DNA of 33,295 nt from Actinomycetes bacterium. Its GTDB lineage: Bacteria > Actinomycetota > Actinomycetes > JAHEKZ01. A model generated the notes under the pieces. That model did not search any database. It had not been told where the DNA came from and saw only the letters and a list, made by a program, of their open reading frames with translations. Both the position numbers and the translations under genes were made by a program. The first letter of the stretch is position 1. Each line of letters opens with the position of its first letter. The stretch spans positions 1 to 33,295 of the forward strand of contig JBDTTS010000001.1 in the NCBI GenBank assembly GCA_039930525.1. Direction: 5' to 3'. Shown in pieces: positions 9,738 through 17,750 of the stretch.

Positions 9738-10769
9738 CCATCGATCGTTGGCTTCTCGTTCAGCGACGGTGACGCGCACGCCGTCGCCGGTGAAAGGTCG
9801 CACGATCACGCCGGCCTCGGCCGTGGCTCGGGCGAACTCGTCGGCCCGCTCGGCGAGCGGAAGCCACACGAAGTTGCCCTGAGCCGCCGGAATCTCATAC
9901 CCCAGCGCGGCAACCGCTTTGACCACGTGAGAGCGCTCTTGCACCAACGCCTCTACCCGTCGCAGCAACTCGACCTCTGCGCCGAGCGAGGCGATGGCCG
10001 CCTGCTCAGCCATCGCCGTGACCCCAAACGGAAGCTGAGCCTTGCGGAGCTCTTTGATCAGCGCGGCAGGGCCAACTGCGTAACCAACGCGCAAGCCAGC
10101 GAGTCCGTAGGCCTTCGAGAACGTGCGCAGGACAACAATGTTCGGCTGGGACGTCGCCAGGTCAAGCGCGTCAGGGGCGGCAGGGTCTCTGACGAACTCG
10201 ACGTATGCCTCGTCGACAGCAATCGTGACCGTCGACGGCACACGGGCCAAGAAGGCGTCTAACGCCTCTCGATGAACCACCGGCCCGGTGGGATTGTTAG
10301 GCGTGCAGACCATGACGAGGCGCGTGTGAGGCGTGACGGCGTCTGCCATTCCGTCGAGGTCGTGCGTGCCGTCAGAGCGCAGAGGCACGCGCACCAGGGT
10401 GGCTCCGGCCAAAGCTGCCAAGATTGGGTAGGCCTCAAAGGACCGCCACGGAATGACGATCTCGTCACCGGGGCCGGTCATGGCACTCATCAACTGCGCC
10501 AGCACCGCCACAGACCCCGTGCCCACCGAGATCTGGTCTTCGTCGACCGCCAGGCGCCGGGCCAAGGCATCGAGCAGGCGCTGGTTACCGAAGTCGGGAT
10601 ACCGGTTCACCGACGCCGCAGCGTCGGCGATCGCGGCCTCGACTCCAGGCAGCGGAGGAAAGGGGTTCTCGTTGCTCGACAGCTTGGCCGCTCCAGGAGG
10701 CGCCGACCGCCCGGCCCGGTAGGCCGGGATCGCCGCGAGGTCGGGCCGCGCACGTGGGGAGGAGGGCAC
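9705..10769 (-). CDS. class-II PLP aminotransferase, histidinol-phosphate/aromatic aminotransferase (HisC) family
   Basis: GTG start at 10769. KLSSNENPFPPLP motif, TFSKAYGLAGLRVGY PLP-lysine context. Stand-alone rather than in a his operon, so possibly an aromatic (Pat/HisC2-type) aminotransferase. Confidence 0.85.
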   Translation of the reverse strand: MPSSPRARPDLAAIPAYRAGRSAPPGAAKLSSNENPFPPLPGVEAAIADAAASVNRYPDFGNQRLLDALARRLAVDEDQISVGTGSVAVLAQLMSAMTGPGDEIVIPWRSFEAYPILAALAGATLVRVPLRSDGTHDLDGMADAVTPHTRLVMVCTPNNPTGPVVHREALDAFLARVPSTVTIAVDEAYVEFVRDPAAPDALDLATSQPNIVVLRTFSKAYGLAGLRVGYAVGPAALIKELRKAQLPFGVTAMAEQAAIASLGAEVELLRRVEALVQERSHVVKAVAALGYEIPAAQGNFVWLPLAERADEFARATAEAGVIVRPFTGDGVRVTVAEREANDRWLAVLRDFLGL

Positions 10770-10801
10770 CTCCGAAATCTAACGCCCCCTAGGCTGCCCC
10801 G

Positions 10802-11776
10802 GTGACTGAGGCTGCTGCAGAAGTACCACCGCCCGGACGAGTAAGACTCGGCGAGCATCCTCATCGCACCGTGGGTTTCGCCCTGGCCATCGGTGGCGCG
10901 CTGCTCTTCGCCGTCAACGGATCGGTCTCAAAGATCACGCTCGAGTCTGGCGTCGACTCGCTGAGCCTGGTGCTGCTACGAAGCGCCGGAGCGGCGGTCT
11001 GCCTGCTGATCCTGGTGCTCGCGGCCGATCCTCGGCGGCTGCGCCTGATGCGGGCCGAGCTGCCACTTCTGCTGGTCTACGGCCTGGTGGGGATCGCGAT
11101 GGTGCAGTGGCTCTACTTCGTCGCGATCGCTCGGCTGCCGGTAGGGGTGGCTCTCTTGCTCGAGTTCACCGGGCCAGTGCTCGTGGCGCTCTGGGCCAAG
11201 TTCGTGCAAAAGCAACAGCTCGGTCGGTCGTTATGGCTGGCCTTGGCACTGGCCCTCGGGGGACTCGCCATGGTCGCCCAGGTCTGGGATGGGTTGTCGT
11301 TCGACACGGTAGGTGTGCTCGCAGGATTCGGCGCTGCGCTCTCCTTGGCCACGTACTACATCGCGGGTAAGCGCGCCCTCGTGTCGCGCGACACGGTGTC
11401 GCTGGCGTTCTGGGCGTTCGCCGTGTCTGCACTCTTCTGGTCGATCGCCAAACCGTGGTGGACGGTGCCCTGGTCGACGTTGAGCAGCGCAGTCACCCTG
11501 CCTGGCGCACTCGACTCAGTCACCGTCTCCGGTTGGCTGCTGGTGGCATGGATCGTGCTGCTCGGAACGGTTGCGCCATTCCTGTTGGTGATTGGCGCCC
11601 TCCGCCACCTCCCAGCGCCCCAGGCCGGGATCGCCGGCATGGTGGAGCCGGTCATGGCCGGTGCCGTTGCCTGGGTATGGCTCGACGAAACGCTGACCAT
11701 CATTCAGGTCGCGGGCAGCCTCGTGGTCATCGCCGGGATCGCCGTGGCACAACGCGCCACGACAGAGAGGTCGTAG
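10802..11776 (+). CDS. EamA/DMT-superfamily transporter
   Basis: 324 aa, polytopic, two EamA-like halves. GTG start divergent from the aminotransferase gene with a 32-bp spacer. Confidence 0.8.
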   Translation: MTEAAAEVPPPGRVRLGEHPHRTVGFALAIGGALLFAVNGSVSKITLESGVDSLSLVLLRSAGAAVCLLILVLAADPRRLRLMRAELPLLLVYGLVGIAMVQWLYFVAIARLPVGVALLLEFTGPVLVALWAKFVQKQQLGRSLWLALALALGGLAMVAQVWDGLSFDTVGVLAGFGAALSLATYYIAGKRALVSRDTVSLAFWAFAVSALFWSIAKPWWTVPWSTLSSAVTLPGALDSVTVSGWLLVAWIVLLGTVAPFLLVIGALRHLPAPQAGIAGMVEPVMAGAVAWVWLDETLTIIQVAGSLVVIAGIAVAQRATTERS

Positions 11777-11791
11777 CACCGCACCCGATCC

Positions 11792-12112
11792 TCAGGCTCG
11801 CGAACCTTCAGCCGGCCCGAAAACTACCACCAGTGTCAACTGTTCGGTGATGTCGACGAATCGGTGCTCCTCGCCGGCTGGCACAAAGATCACCGTGCCT
11901 GTGGCCACGTCGCACTCGGCGCTCGGCGTGACGAATCGGGCCTGACCTGCGGTGCAGACATAGATTTCATCTTCGCTGTGGGGCACCTGATCATCGATGG
12001 ACCCGGCCTCCAGAAGATAGAGGCCGGTCGAGAGGTCAGCGGACCGCTGAAACTCGATCCACGGCTCGCCCCCACGAGCCCGGTCCTGCTCCTCGACACT
12101 GAATGACTTCAC
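11792..12112 (-). CDS. cupin-domain protein
   Basis: 106 aa with cupin-like His/Glu motifs (PHSEDEIYVCTAG ... FVPAGEEHRF). Its GTG start overlaps the stop of the upstream gene (GTGA at 12109-12112). Confidence 0.7.
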   Translation of the reverse strand: MKSFSVEEQDRARGGEPWIEFQRSADLSTGLYLLEAGSIDDQVPHSEDEIYVCTAGQARFVTPSAECDVATGTVIFVPAGEEHRFVDITEQLTLVVVFGPAEGSRA

Positions 12113-13533
12113 GGTGAGCTCCTGTCTTCGATGACTCGCTTCACCTCTGCGCTCGCTGTGCCCAGCCCCCCCAAGGTGAACTCGTCACGAGCGGTCAGCA
12201 GGTGAGTTGTCGCATCGAAGTAGAGCACGGAAAACTCCAGCGGCGTCGGTGCCTCCGTATCCAACGCCCTCAGCCCCGCACCCCCCGTCGACCCCTGCAC
12301 CAGCAGCTCAGTGTTCTCGCCGAGCCTTCGATCCTCCCGCCGGTGGGTATGTCCGGCAAGAACGAGAGGAACAACCCCGGCGAGCGGGTCTGCCGCCCCT
12401 GGGTCGTGAACCATCGCGATGTCGACAGGACTCTTGGACGCGGCGATTACTTCGGCCAGCTGGGTCCCCGACGCGATCACCGAGCTCTCGGACGGCTGAG
12501 TCGTCTTGTCCGGGGTGAATCGAGGATCGCCAGCGCCGGCGATCGTCAGCCCTGCGACAGTGGTGATGCTGTCGTTGAGCACAGTGGTGTTATCCATGCC
12601 CGCGATACCTGCGGCTGTCGACACCGAGTCATGGTTGCCGCGGATGTAGATGTAAGGCACCCCGAGAGACTCGATCGGGCTGAGCAGACGGTTCTCCAGG
12701 GCCGTCCCGTGGTCAGCAATGTCACCAGTGTCGACGACGGCATCGATGTTGTACTGCTCGACCACTGACCGAAGGATCGGCCAAACGTTGGGGTTCAGAT
12801 GGATGTCGGACACATGCAGAACCCGAATGTCGTCGCTGGATGCTTGCAGCGTCGGCAACGACTGGGCTGCCATTGTCAGCCGTGACACGTTGGTCACGAG
12901 GTCTCCGAGCTGCTGACCGTACTCCTCGAAGTTGTTCACGATCGTGTCAGCCCGGCCCACAACGCTGGGAACGAACACGAGCAACCCGCTGTACCGCGGC
13001 TGCGCAAGGGCTCGGTCGTTCCACGTGGCTGCGCCCGTTGCGGCGCCCAGGATCAGACCGGCAGCCGTCACCCCAGCAGCGAGAGCCGCCAACTTCGGTC
13101 GACGCCAGACCAGCACTACCGCCAGTGCCGCACCCAGTGCAGCCGCGACCAGCGCCTGTAGATAGGCCCGCACCAGCAGACCGCGCACCTGATCTGGCAC
13201 GCGCGCAAGTTCAGCAGCCGACGAGTTCCCCGTGAAAGCTCCTGTCGTGACGTCGGCGTCGAGTGACTCGACCTGAGCGTGCAACGCAAGGGGACCGTCG
13301 TGTGTGTCCAGTTCGATGCTTCCAAGCGGAGGGACGTCAATGACGGTGTCACCGGTCCACGACAGAGCGACCTCGGACTCCACCGTCAACGGCCCCACAA
13401 CATCGGTGCGTTGAGCGCCCAGAGTGAGCCCCACCCAAGCGCCGACCAGTGCCACTGCCACAACGGCCGCTGCGGAAGCGAGATGACGCCAGGTCAGTTC
13501 TCTCCGCAATGTAGACATCACGCGCTCGCTCAA
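12109..13533 (-). CDS. membrane-associated metallophosphoesterase (calcineurin-like)
   Basis: N-terminal and central TM segments. Phosphoesterase motifs VLHVSDIHLN, DTGDIADHG, IRGNHD, AGHTH. TTG start at 13533; GTG 13521 and ATG 13518 are alternatives. Confidence 0.8.
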   Translation of the reverse strand: MSERVMSTLRRELTWRHLASAAAVVAVALVGAWVGLTLGAQRTDVVGPLTVESEVALSWTGDTVIDVPPLGSIELDTHDGPLALHAQVESLDADVTTGAFTGNSSAAELARVPDQVRGLLVRAYLQALVAAALGAALAVVLVWRRPKLAALAAGVTAAGLILGAATGAATWNDRALAQPRYSGLLVFVPSVVGRADTIVNNFEEYGQQLGDLVTNVSRLTMAAQSLPTLQASSDDIRVLHVSDIHLNPNVWPILRSVVEQYNIDAVVDTGDIADHGTALENRLLSPIESLGVPYIYIRGNHDSVSTAAGIAGMDNTTVLNDSITTVAGLTIAGAGDPRFTPDKTTQPSESSVIASGTQLAEVIAASKSPVDIAMVHDPGAADPLAGVVPLVLAGHTHRREDRRLGENTELLVQGSTGGAGLRALDTEAPTPLEFSVLYFDATTHLLTARDEFTLGGLGTASAEVKRVIEDRSSP

Positions 13534-13602
13534 CTCACCACCGCCTCGGCTCGGGTCCGACTTCTATTGTCGAGGCATAAGGCAGTGACCTTGACCCGCG
13601 GA

Positions 13603-14064
13603 CTACTCCGGTACGCCCCAGTTGAATCGATGCGTATGGATGTCGAAGTAGACGAACGACTCAGTAGCGCTGACCCCGTCGATCTGCTTGAGCCCACCAT
13701 TGACGACATCGAAGAGCTGATCCATGTCGGCACACACCACTTCGGCGAACAGATCGAACGAGCCTGAGGTGAGGACCACATAGATCACCGCATCGATGGC
13801 CCCCACCGCGTCGGCCACCGCGCGTATGTCGCCGTCGACCACAATGCCGACCATCGCCATGACCGGCAGTCCGAGCTTGAGGGGATCGGTCACCGCGACC
13901 ACCTGCAGCAACCCGGTCTCCTTCAGCCGTTGCATGCGCTGCCGCACCGCGGGAGCAGACAGCCCCACCTCGGACGCCAGGTCGGCATACGATGCTCGCC
14001 CGTCACTTTGAAGCTCGCGGATGATGGCTCGGTCAGTGGCGTCGATGGGCACCTGCTGAGTCAT
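13603..14064 (-). CDS. Lrp/AsnC-family transcriptional regulator
   Basis: ORF 13603..14142(-) trimmed to the ATG at 14064 (MTQQVPIDATDRAIIRELQSDGRASYADLASEVGLSAPAVRQRMQRL), giving 153 aa. HTH plus C-terminal RAM/AsnC_trans-like domain. Its ATG overlaps the stop of the upstream aminotransferase (ATGA). Confidence 0.85.
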   Translation of the reverse strand: MTQQVPIDATDRAIIRELQSDGRASYADLASEVGLSAPAVRQRMQRLKETGLLQVVAVTDPLKLGLPVMAMVGIVVDGDIRAVADAVGAIDAVIYVVLTSGSFDLFAEVVCADMDQLFDVVNGGLKQIDGVSATESFVYFDIHTHRFNWGVPE

Positions 14065-15425
14065 CAGCGGTAGAGCTCGTTGATGGCCTGGCTGAATACC
14101 TCGGTGTGCAGGTCGACGTCGGTCTTGGTCGTCGTGGGGCACATCAGGGCCATGTTGTGGAAGGGCGTCATGAGCACCCCACGATTCAGCGTGTACAGAT
14201 GCATGTACTCGTCGAGATCGTCATCGCCTGCGGCGTTCGACGCAGTGCCATTGACTGGTGCCGGTCTTGCGAACCGATACTCGGCCCGCGCCCCGAGCTG
14301 GCAGATGCTCCACGGCACGTCGAGGGCGTCGAGGGCGGCCTGGACACCTTCGGTGAACGTTGTCGCGAGCGCGATCATCTCGACAAAGGCGTCGTCGGTG
14401 AGCACCTCGCCAAGGGTCGCTCGCGCAGCCGCCATCGACAGCGCGTTGCCTGCCAAGGTTCCGCCGACACCGCCCACGTCGACCAGATCAGCTTCTGGGT
14501 GAGCGTTGATGCGGTCGGCGAGCTGCTGGCTGATCCCATAGGTGCCGATCGGGATCCCGCCGGCGATCGACTTGCCGATCACCACGATATCCGGCTCCAA
14601 CCCCTCGGCCTTCGTCATTCCCCCTGGTCCCGCGCTGAAAGTGTGGGTCTCGTCGATCAGCAGCAGCGCTCCGTACTGCGTGCACAGTGCGCGGAGACCC
14701 TCGAGAAAGCCCGGTTCTGGAAGCACGATCCCGATGTTGGTAAGCGCCGGTTCGGTGATCACCACCGCAACGTCACCGTGCGAAAGCGCCCGCTCTACCG
14801 AGGCGAGGTCGTTGAACTCGGCCACGCGAGTGGTCTCGGTCGGACTCACCTGTGGCCCCACATTGCCCGGACGCGGCAGGGTCTCGCCGTCGGGGCCCAT
14901 CACAACGACGGTTTCGTCGACGCTGCCGTGATAGCAGTATGAGAACGCGAGCACCTTGGACCGTCCGGTGGCTAAGCGCGCCAGCCGCAGCGCCCACCGG
15001 TTGGCATCGGTCGCCGTCAACGCGAATGACCACAGTGGAACCCCGAAGCGGCGAGTGAGCTCGGCCCCGACCCATGCCGCGTCCTCGCTCGGGAGCATCG
15101 TCGTGAAGCCGCCCTTAGTACCGATGCGTTCGTCAATGGCGGCAACGGTTGGCGCCGGGGAGTGGCCGGCCATAGCTCCGGTGTCGCCGAGCGCAAAGTC
15201 AACGTAAGTGTGGCCGTCAATGTCGCTGATCCGGTTGCCGTGGGCGTCGTCGAGGTAGAGCGGAAAACCGCCAGCCCACTTGGTCATCCACGTCATGGGC
15301 ACACCACCGAACAAGTTCTGCTTCGCCTGCTCGAAGGCGGCCCTGCTCTTGGGGTTATTCTCGGCGTAGGTGGCGCGCTCGCGCTTGAGCAGCCGGTCGA
15401 GGGCGGTACGGTCAAGTTCTGGCAT
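14064..15425 (-). CDS. class-III PLP aminotransferase (glutamate-1-semialdehyde aminomutase-like fold)
   Basis: The 661-aa ORF is trimmed to the ATG at 15425 (MPELDRTALDRLL), with SD GAGG upstream. Motifs LLLIDETHTF and VIGKSIAGGIPIG (PLP-lysine context). The upstream extension runs antisense through the phosphatase gene and is not credible. Confidence 0.85.
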   Translation of the reverse strand: MPELDRTALDRLLKRERATYAENNPKSRAAFEQAKQNLFGGVPMTWMTKWAGGFPLYLDDAHGNRISDIDGHTYVDFALGDTGAMAGHSPAPTVAAIDERIGTKGGFTTMLPSEDAAWVGAELTRRFGVPLWSFALTATDANRWALRLARLATGRSKVLAFSYCYHGSVDETVVVMGPDGETLPRPGNVGPQVSPTETTRVAEFNDLASVERALSHGDVAVVITEPALTNIGIVLPEPGFLEGLRALCTQYGALLLIDETHTFSAGPGGMTKAEGLEPDIVVIGKSIAGGIPIGTYGISQQLADRINAHPEADLVDVGGVGGTLAGNALSMAAARATLGEVLTDDAFVEMIALATTFTEGVQAALDALDVPWSICQLGARAEYRFARPAPVNGTASNAAGDDDLDEYMHLYTLNRGVLMTPFHNMALMCPTTTKTDVDLHTEVFSQAINELYR

Positions 15426-15468
15426 GAGGACCTCACGGGATGGGATCGATAGCGTGCTCCCAAAGATA

Positions 15469-15511
15469 CTTTGATTTTCAAAGAGATACAAGGGCCGCGC
15501 TTTGTTTTCAA
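15469..15511. promoter_or_regulatory. AT-rich operator-like element: CTTTGA-TTT-TCAAAG palindrome plus a second TTTTCAA copy 30 bp away
   Basis: Palindrome arms at 15469-15474 and 15478-15483. ttgattttcaa (15471-15481) recurs as tttgttttcaa (15501-15511). Flanked by direct caaaga(ga)tac repeats. This looks like one of the most AT-rich patches in the window, and it sits between divergent genes. Confidence 0.45.
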
Positions 15512-15587
15512 TCGTCTTGAGAAGATTGCGCACTGGAAAGGCGCGTCGCCTTGCTGACATCGAGAAGCACTGCCAGCATCGCTGCTC

Positions 15588-16079
15588 GTGTCTGACGTCC
15601 GAGTCATCTTCGTGTGCATGGGCAATATCTGTCGATCCCCGATGGCCGCGTCGGTGCTCCGCACCGAGCTCGAGCGCGCAGGTCTCACCGACGTCACGGT
15701 GAGCAGCGCCGGTACTGGCGGCTGGCACGTCGGCGATCCCGCCGACCGCCGGGCCCAGGCGGCACTGGCCAGGCGCGGCTACGCGACCGAGCACAGCGCC
15801 CAGCAGTTCCAGGCGGAGTGGTTCGGCGAGTACGACCTGGTCGTGGCCATGGACCGCGACAACGTCCGCGATCTTCGGCGCATCGCGCCCGCACGGTCGC
15901 AGGCCGCATCGATCCGCCTCATGCTCGAGTTTGATCCTGATGCAGAGGCGATGGACGTCCCCGACCCCTACTACGGAGCGTCGACCGACTTTGACCTCGT
16001 CCTCGACCAGTTGGAAGTCGCCTGCCGCGGCCTCGCCGACCACCTGCAAAACCCGACCGTCAGATCAACATCGACCTGA
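15588..16079 (+). CDS. low-molecular-weight protein-tyrosine phosphatase
   Basis: GTG start. P-loop VCMGNICRSP (CX5R[S/T]) near the N-terminus and Asp-loop DVPDPYYG. 163 aa. Confidence 0.87.
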   Translation: MSDVRVIFVCMGNICRSPMAASVLRTELERAGLTDVTVSSAGTGGWHVGDPADRRAQAALARRGYATEHSAQQFQAEWFGEYDLVVAMDRDNVRDLRRIAPARSQAASIRLMLEFDPDAEAMDVPDPYYGASTDFDLVLDQLEVACRGLADHLQNPTVRSTST

Positions 16080-16094
16080 CCCCGCGACGTCAGA

Positions 16095-16125
16095 ACGCGC
16101 GGCACCCCGAAGGGCAACCGCGCGT
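16095..16125. terminator. hairpin between convergent genes (possible bidirectional terminator)
   Basis: acgcgcgg (16095-16102) pairs with ccgcgcgt (16118-16125). The loop contains an inner CCC/GGG pair. No clear U-tract. Confidence 0.4.
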
Positions 16126-16140
16126 CCTGAAGTGAGTCGG

Positions 16141-16656
16141 TCAGCCGCCGTATCCCCCGCCACCGCCGTTGCTGCCGACGCAGTCGGTCACCCAGAAGAC
16201 CTTGTGCTTGACGTCAGCACCCTGCGCGGTCGGCTGGGTGTTGATCGTGAGCTTGACGTGGTAGCCCTGCACCGGATGGGCCTTCACGTTCTTGACCAGC
16301 TCCGCGATGTTGTAGACCTCAGAGCCATCCCAACCTGCTTCAGACCCGCCGCCGCTGTTGTCATCGCCGTCGAGCTGCTTGATGTAGTTCAGCGGAGGAT
16401 TACCCAGCGTAGGAGCCTGCAGGGCGAACTCGACGTTGCTGACGGCGTCCGCGTCGAAGCCGTACCAGTCAAGCTGGAACCGACAGCCGACGTGCGGCTC
16501 GTTGTTCGGAGCGATGTCGTCCCACGGGCGGCCATCGATTTTGACGGTGCCGTTGTTGCCGGCCGGAACGTTCGCCACGGCACCGGCCAGCGGAACCAGT
16601 CCGGCCGCCAGTGCCACCGTGGCGCCAGCGAGCAGGATCCGAGAAGTGCGGCTCAT
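16141..16656 (-). CDS. secreted protein of unknown function with Gly-rich C-terminus
   Basis: ATG at 16656 with SD GGGAGAA 6 nt upstream. Signal peptide MSRTSRILLAGATVALAAGLVPLAGAVA. Two Cys residues (HVGCRF, VTDCVG). Tail SNGGGGGYGG. Confidence 0.7.
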   Translation of the reverse strand: MSRTSRILLAGATVALAAGLVPLAGAVANVPAGNNGTVKIDGRPWDDIAPNNEPHVGCRFQLDWYGFDADAVSNVEFALQAPTLGNPPLNYIKQLDGDDNSGGGSEAGWDGSEVYNIAELVKNVKAHPVQGYHVKLTINTQPTAQGADVKHKVFWVTDCVGSNGGGGGYGG

Positions 16657-16678
16657 CGTGTTTCTCCCATGTCTTCGA

Positions 16679-16697
16679 GGTGATCTCCGCGATCACC
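16679..16697. promoter_or_regulatory. palindrome GGTGATC-N5-GATCACC upstream of the secreted-protein gene
   Basis: Perfect 7-bp arms at 16679-16685 and 16691-16697, 23-41 nt upstream of the ATG at 16656. Confidence 0.35.
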
Positions 16698-16829
16698 GAA
16701 GGTGAGCGCTCCGCCGAACTCGCCCTTGAGTTCGTGCTCACCCAGAGTGAGGTTCCGGGCGGGGGGCGGCAGGCGAACGGTGCTCAATTCGCTCAGATGG
16801 ACCGCACCCAAACGGCCTAGCGGTGCACC

Positions 16830-16999
16830 AAGCCGCCCGATAGCGACTCGGCGAAAGCGCCGCCGGCCTGGGGCGTCGCACGCGCACGCCCGCCAGCCTC
16901 CAATGAAGAGACAGGTACGCTTTTTTGCGCTGAGCGGGCTGAAAACCGTGTCTGTCTCTTCATTCGCTGCTCGACGTCGACCGAAGCCGCCCGATAGCG
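16830..16999. repeat. 16-nt direct repeat pair flanking an AT-rich 13-bp-stem hairpin
   Basis: aagccgcccgatagcg at 16830-16845 and 16984-16999. Perfect inverted repeat aatgaagagacag (16902-16914) / ctgtctcttcatt (16952-16964). Additional GGGCGT/ACGCCC hairpin at 16871-16891. Confidence 0.8.
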
Positions 17000-17006
17000 T
17001 CGGCCT

Positions 17007-17747
17007 ATGGATAAGCCACCCGCCTTCGAACCGCTCGACGAGGACTGGGACCGCGCATTGGTCGTCGTCGCCCACCCCGACGACATGGAGTACGGCGGGG
17101 CCGCGGCCATCGCCCGCTTCACCAGCCAGGGCAAACAGGTCGTGTACACCCTCCTCACGAGCGGCGAGGCCGGCATCGACGCCCTGACCCCGGAGGAGTG
17201 CACGCCCATTCGTGAAGCCGAGCAGCGCGCTGCCTGTCGAGCGGTCGGCGTCAGCGAGGTCGAGTTCCTGCGGTTTCCCGACGGCATCTTGGAGTACGGC
17301 TTGCCGCTGCGTCACGCGATCGCTGCGGCTATCCGACGGCATCGGCCCGACATCGTGATCACGACAAACTTTCGAGAGACCTACGGCGGCGTCATGCTCA
17401 ACCAGGCTGACCACATCGCCGGTGGGCGCGCCACGCTCGACGCCGCACGCGACGCCGGCAACCGTTGGGTCTTCCGCGACCTGCTCGCGGCCGGCCTTGA
17501 GCCCTGGGCAGGGGTCAGACAGGTGTGGGCGGCTGGCTCACCAGATGGCCGCCATGCCGTCGACGTCACCGATTCATTCAGCGCTGGCCTGGCCTCACTT
17601 CGCGAGCACCGCGCCTACCTCGATGGCCTTGGCCCTGAGGCTCCCGATCCCGCAGAGATGCTTGAAGGCATGGCGCGCCAAGCCGGAACCCAGCTAGGCG
17701 TTCCCATGGCAGTTCCCATGGAGGTCTTCCCCTTGCAGCTGCTCTAG
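17007..17747 (+). CDS. PIG-L/LmbE-family N-acetylglucosaminyl deacetylase
   Basis: ALVVVAHPDDMEYGG (the family's metal-binding AHPDD motif) near the N-terminus. 246 aa. No obvious SD upstream. Confidence 0.8.
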   Translation: MDKPPAFEPLDEDWDRALVVVAHPDDMEYGGAAAIARFTSQGKQVVYTLLTSGEAGIDALTPEECTPIREAEQRAACRAVGVSEVEFLRFPDGILEYGLPLRHAIAAAIRRHRPDIVITTNFRETYGGVMLNQADHIAGGRATLDAARDAGNRWVFRDLLAAGLEPWAGVRQVWAAGSPDGRHAVDVTDSFSAGLASLREHRAYLDGLGPEAPDPAEMLEGMARQAGTQLGVPMAVPMEVFPLQLL

Positions 17748-17750
17748 CGA

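Noticed and set aside
15426-16049. 5' extension of the 661-aa ORF 14064..16049(-).
   Set aside because: The extension runs antisense through the LMW-PTP gene and has no aminotransferase-like sequence. A good SD plus ATG at 15425 gives a normal 453-aa enzyme.
16830-16999. The 16-nt direct repeats as target-site duplications of a MITE.
   Set aside because: The inverted repeats are internal (16902-16964) and do not abut the direct repeats, and 16 nt is long for a TSD. This is kept only as one of several hypotheses pending a copy-number search.
16903-17006. Small ORF MKRQVRFFALSGLKTVSVSSFAA... starting inside the AT-rich hairpin.
   Set aside because: It has no SD (it is preceded by cctcc), its codon usage is atypical for this genome, and the frame simply runs on out of frame over the PIG-L gene. 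The hairpin symmetry explains the sequence better.
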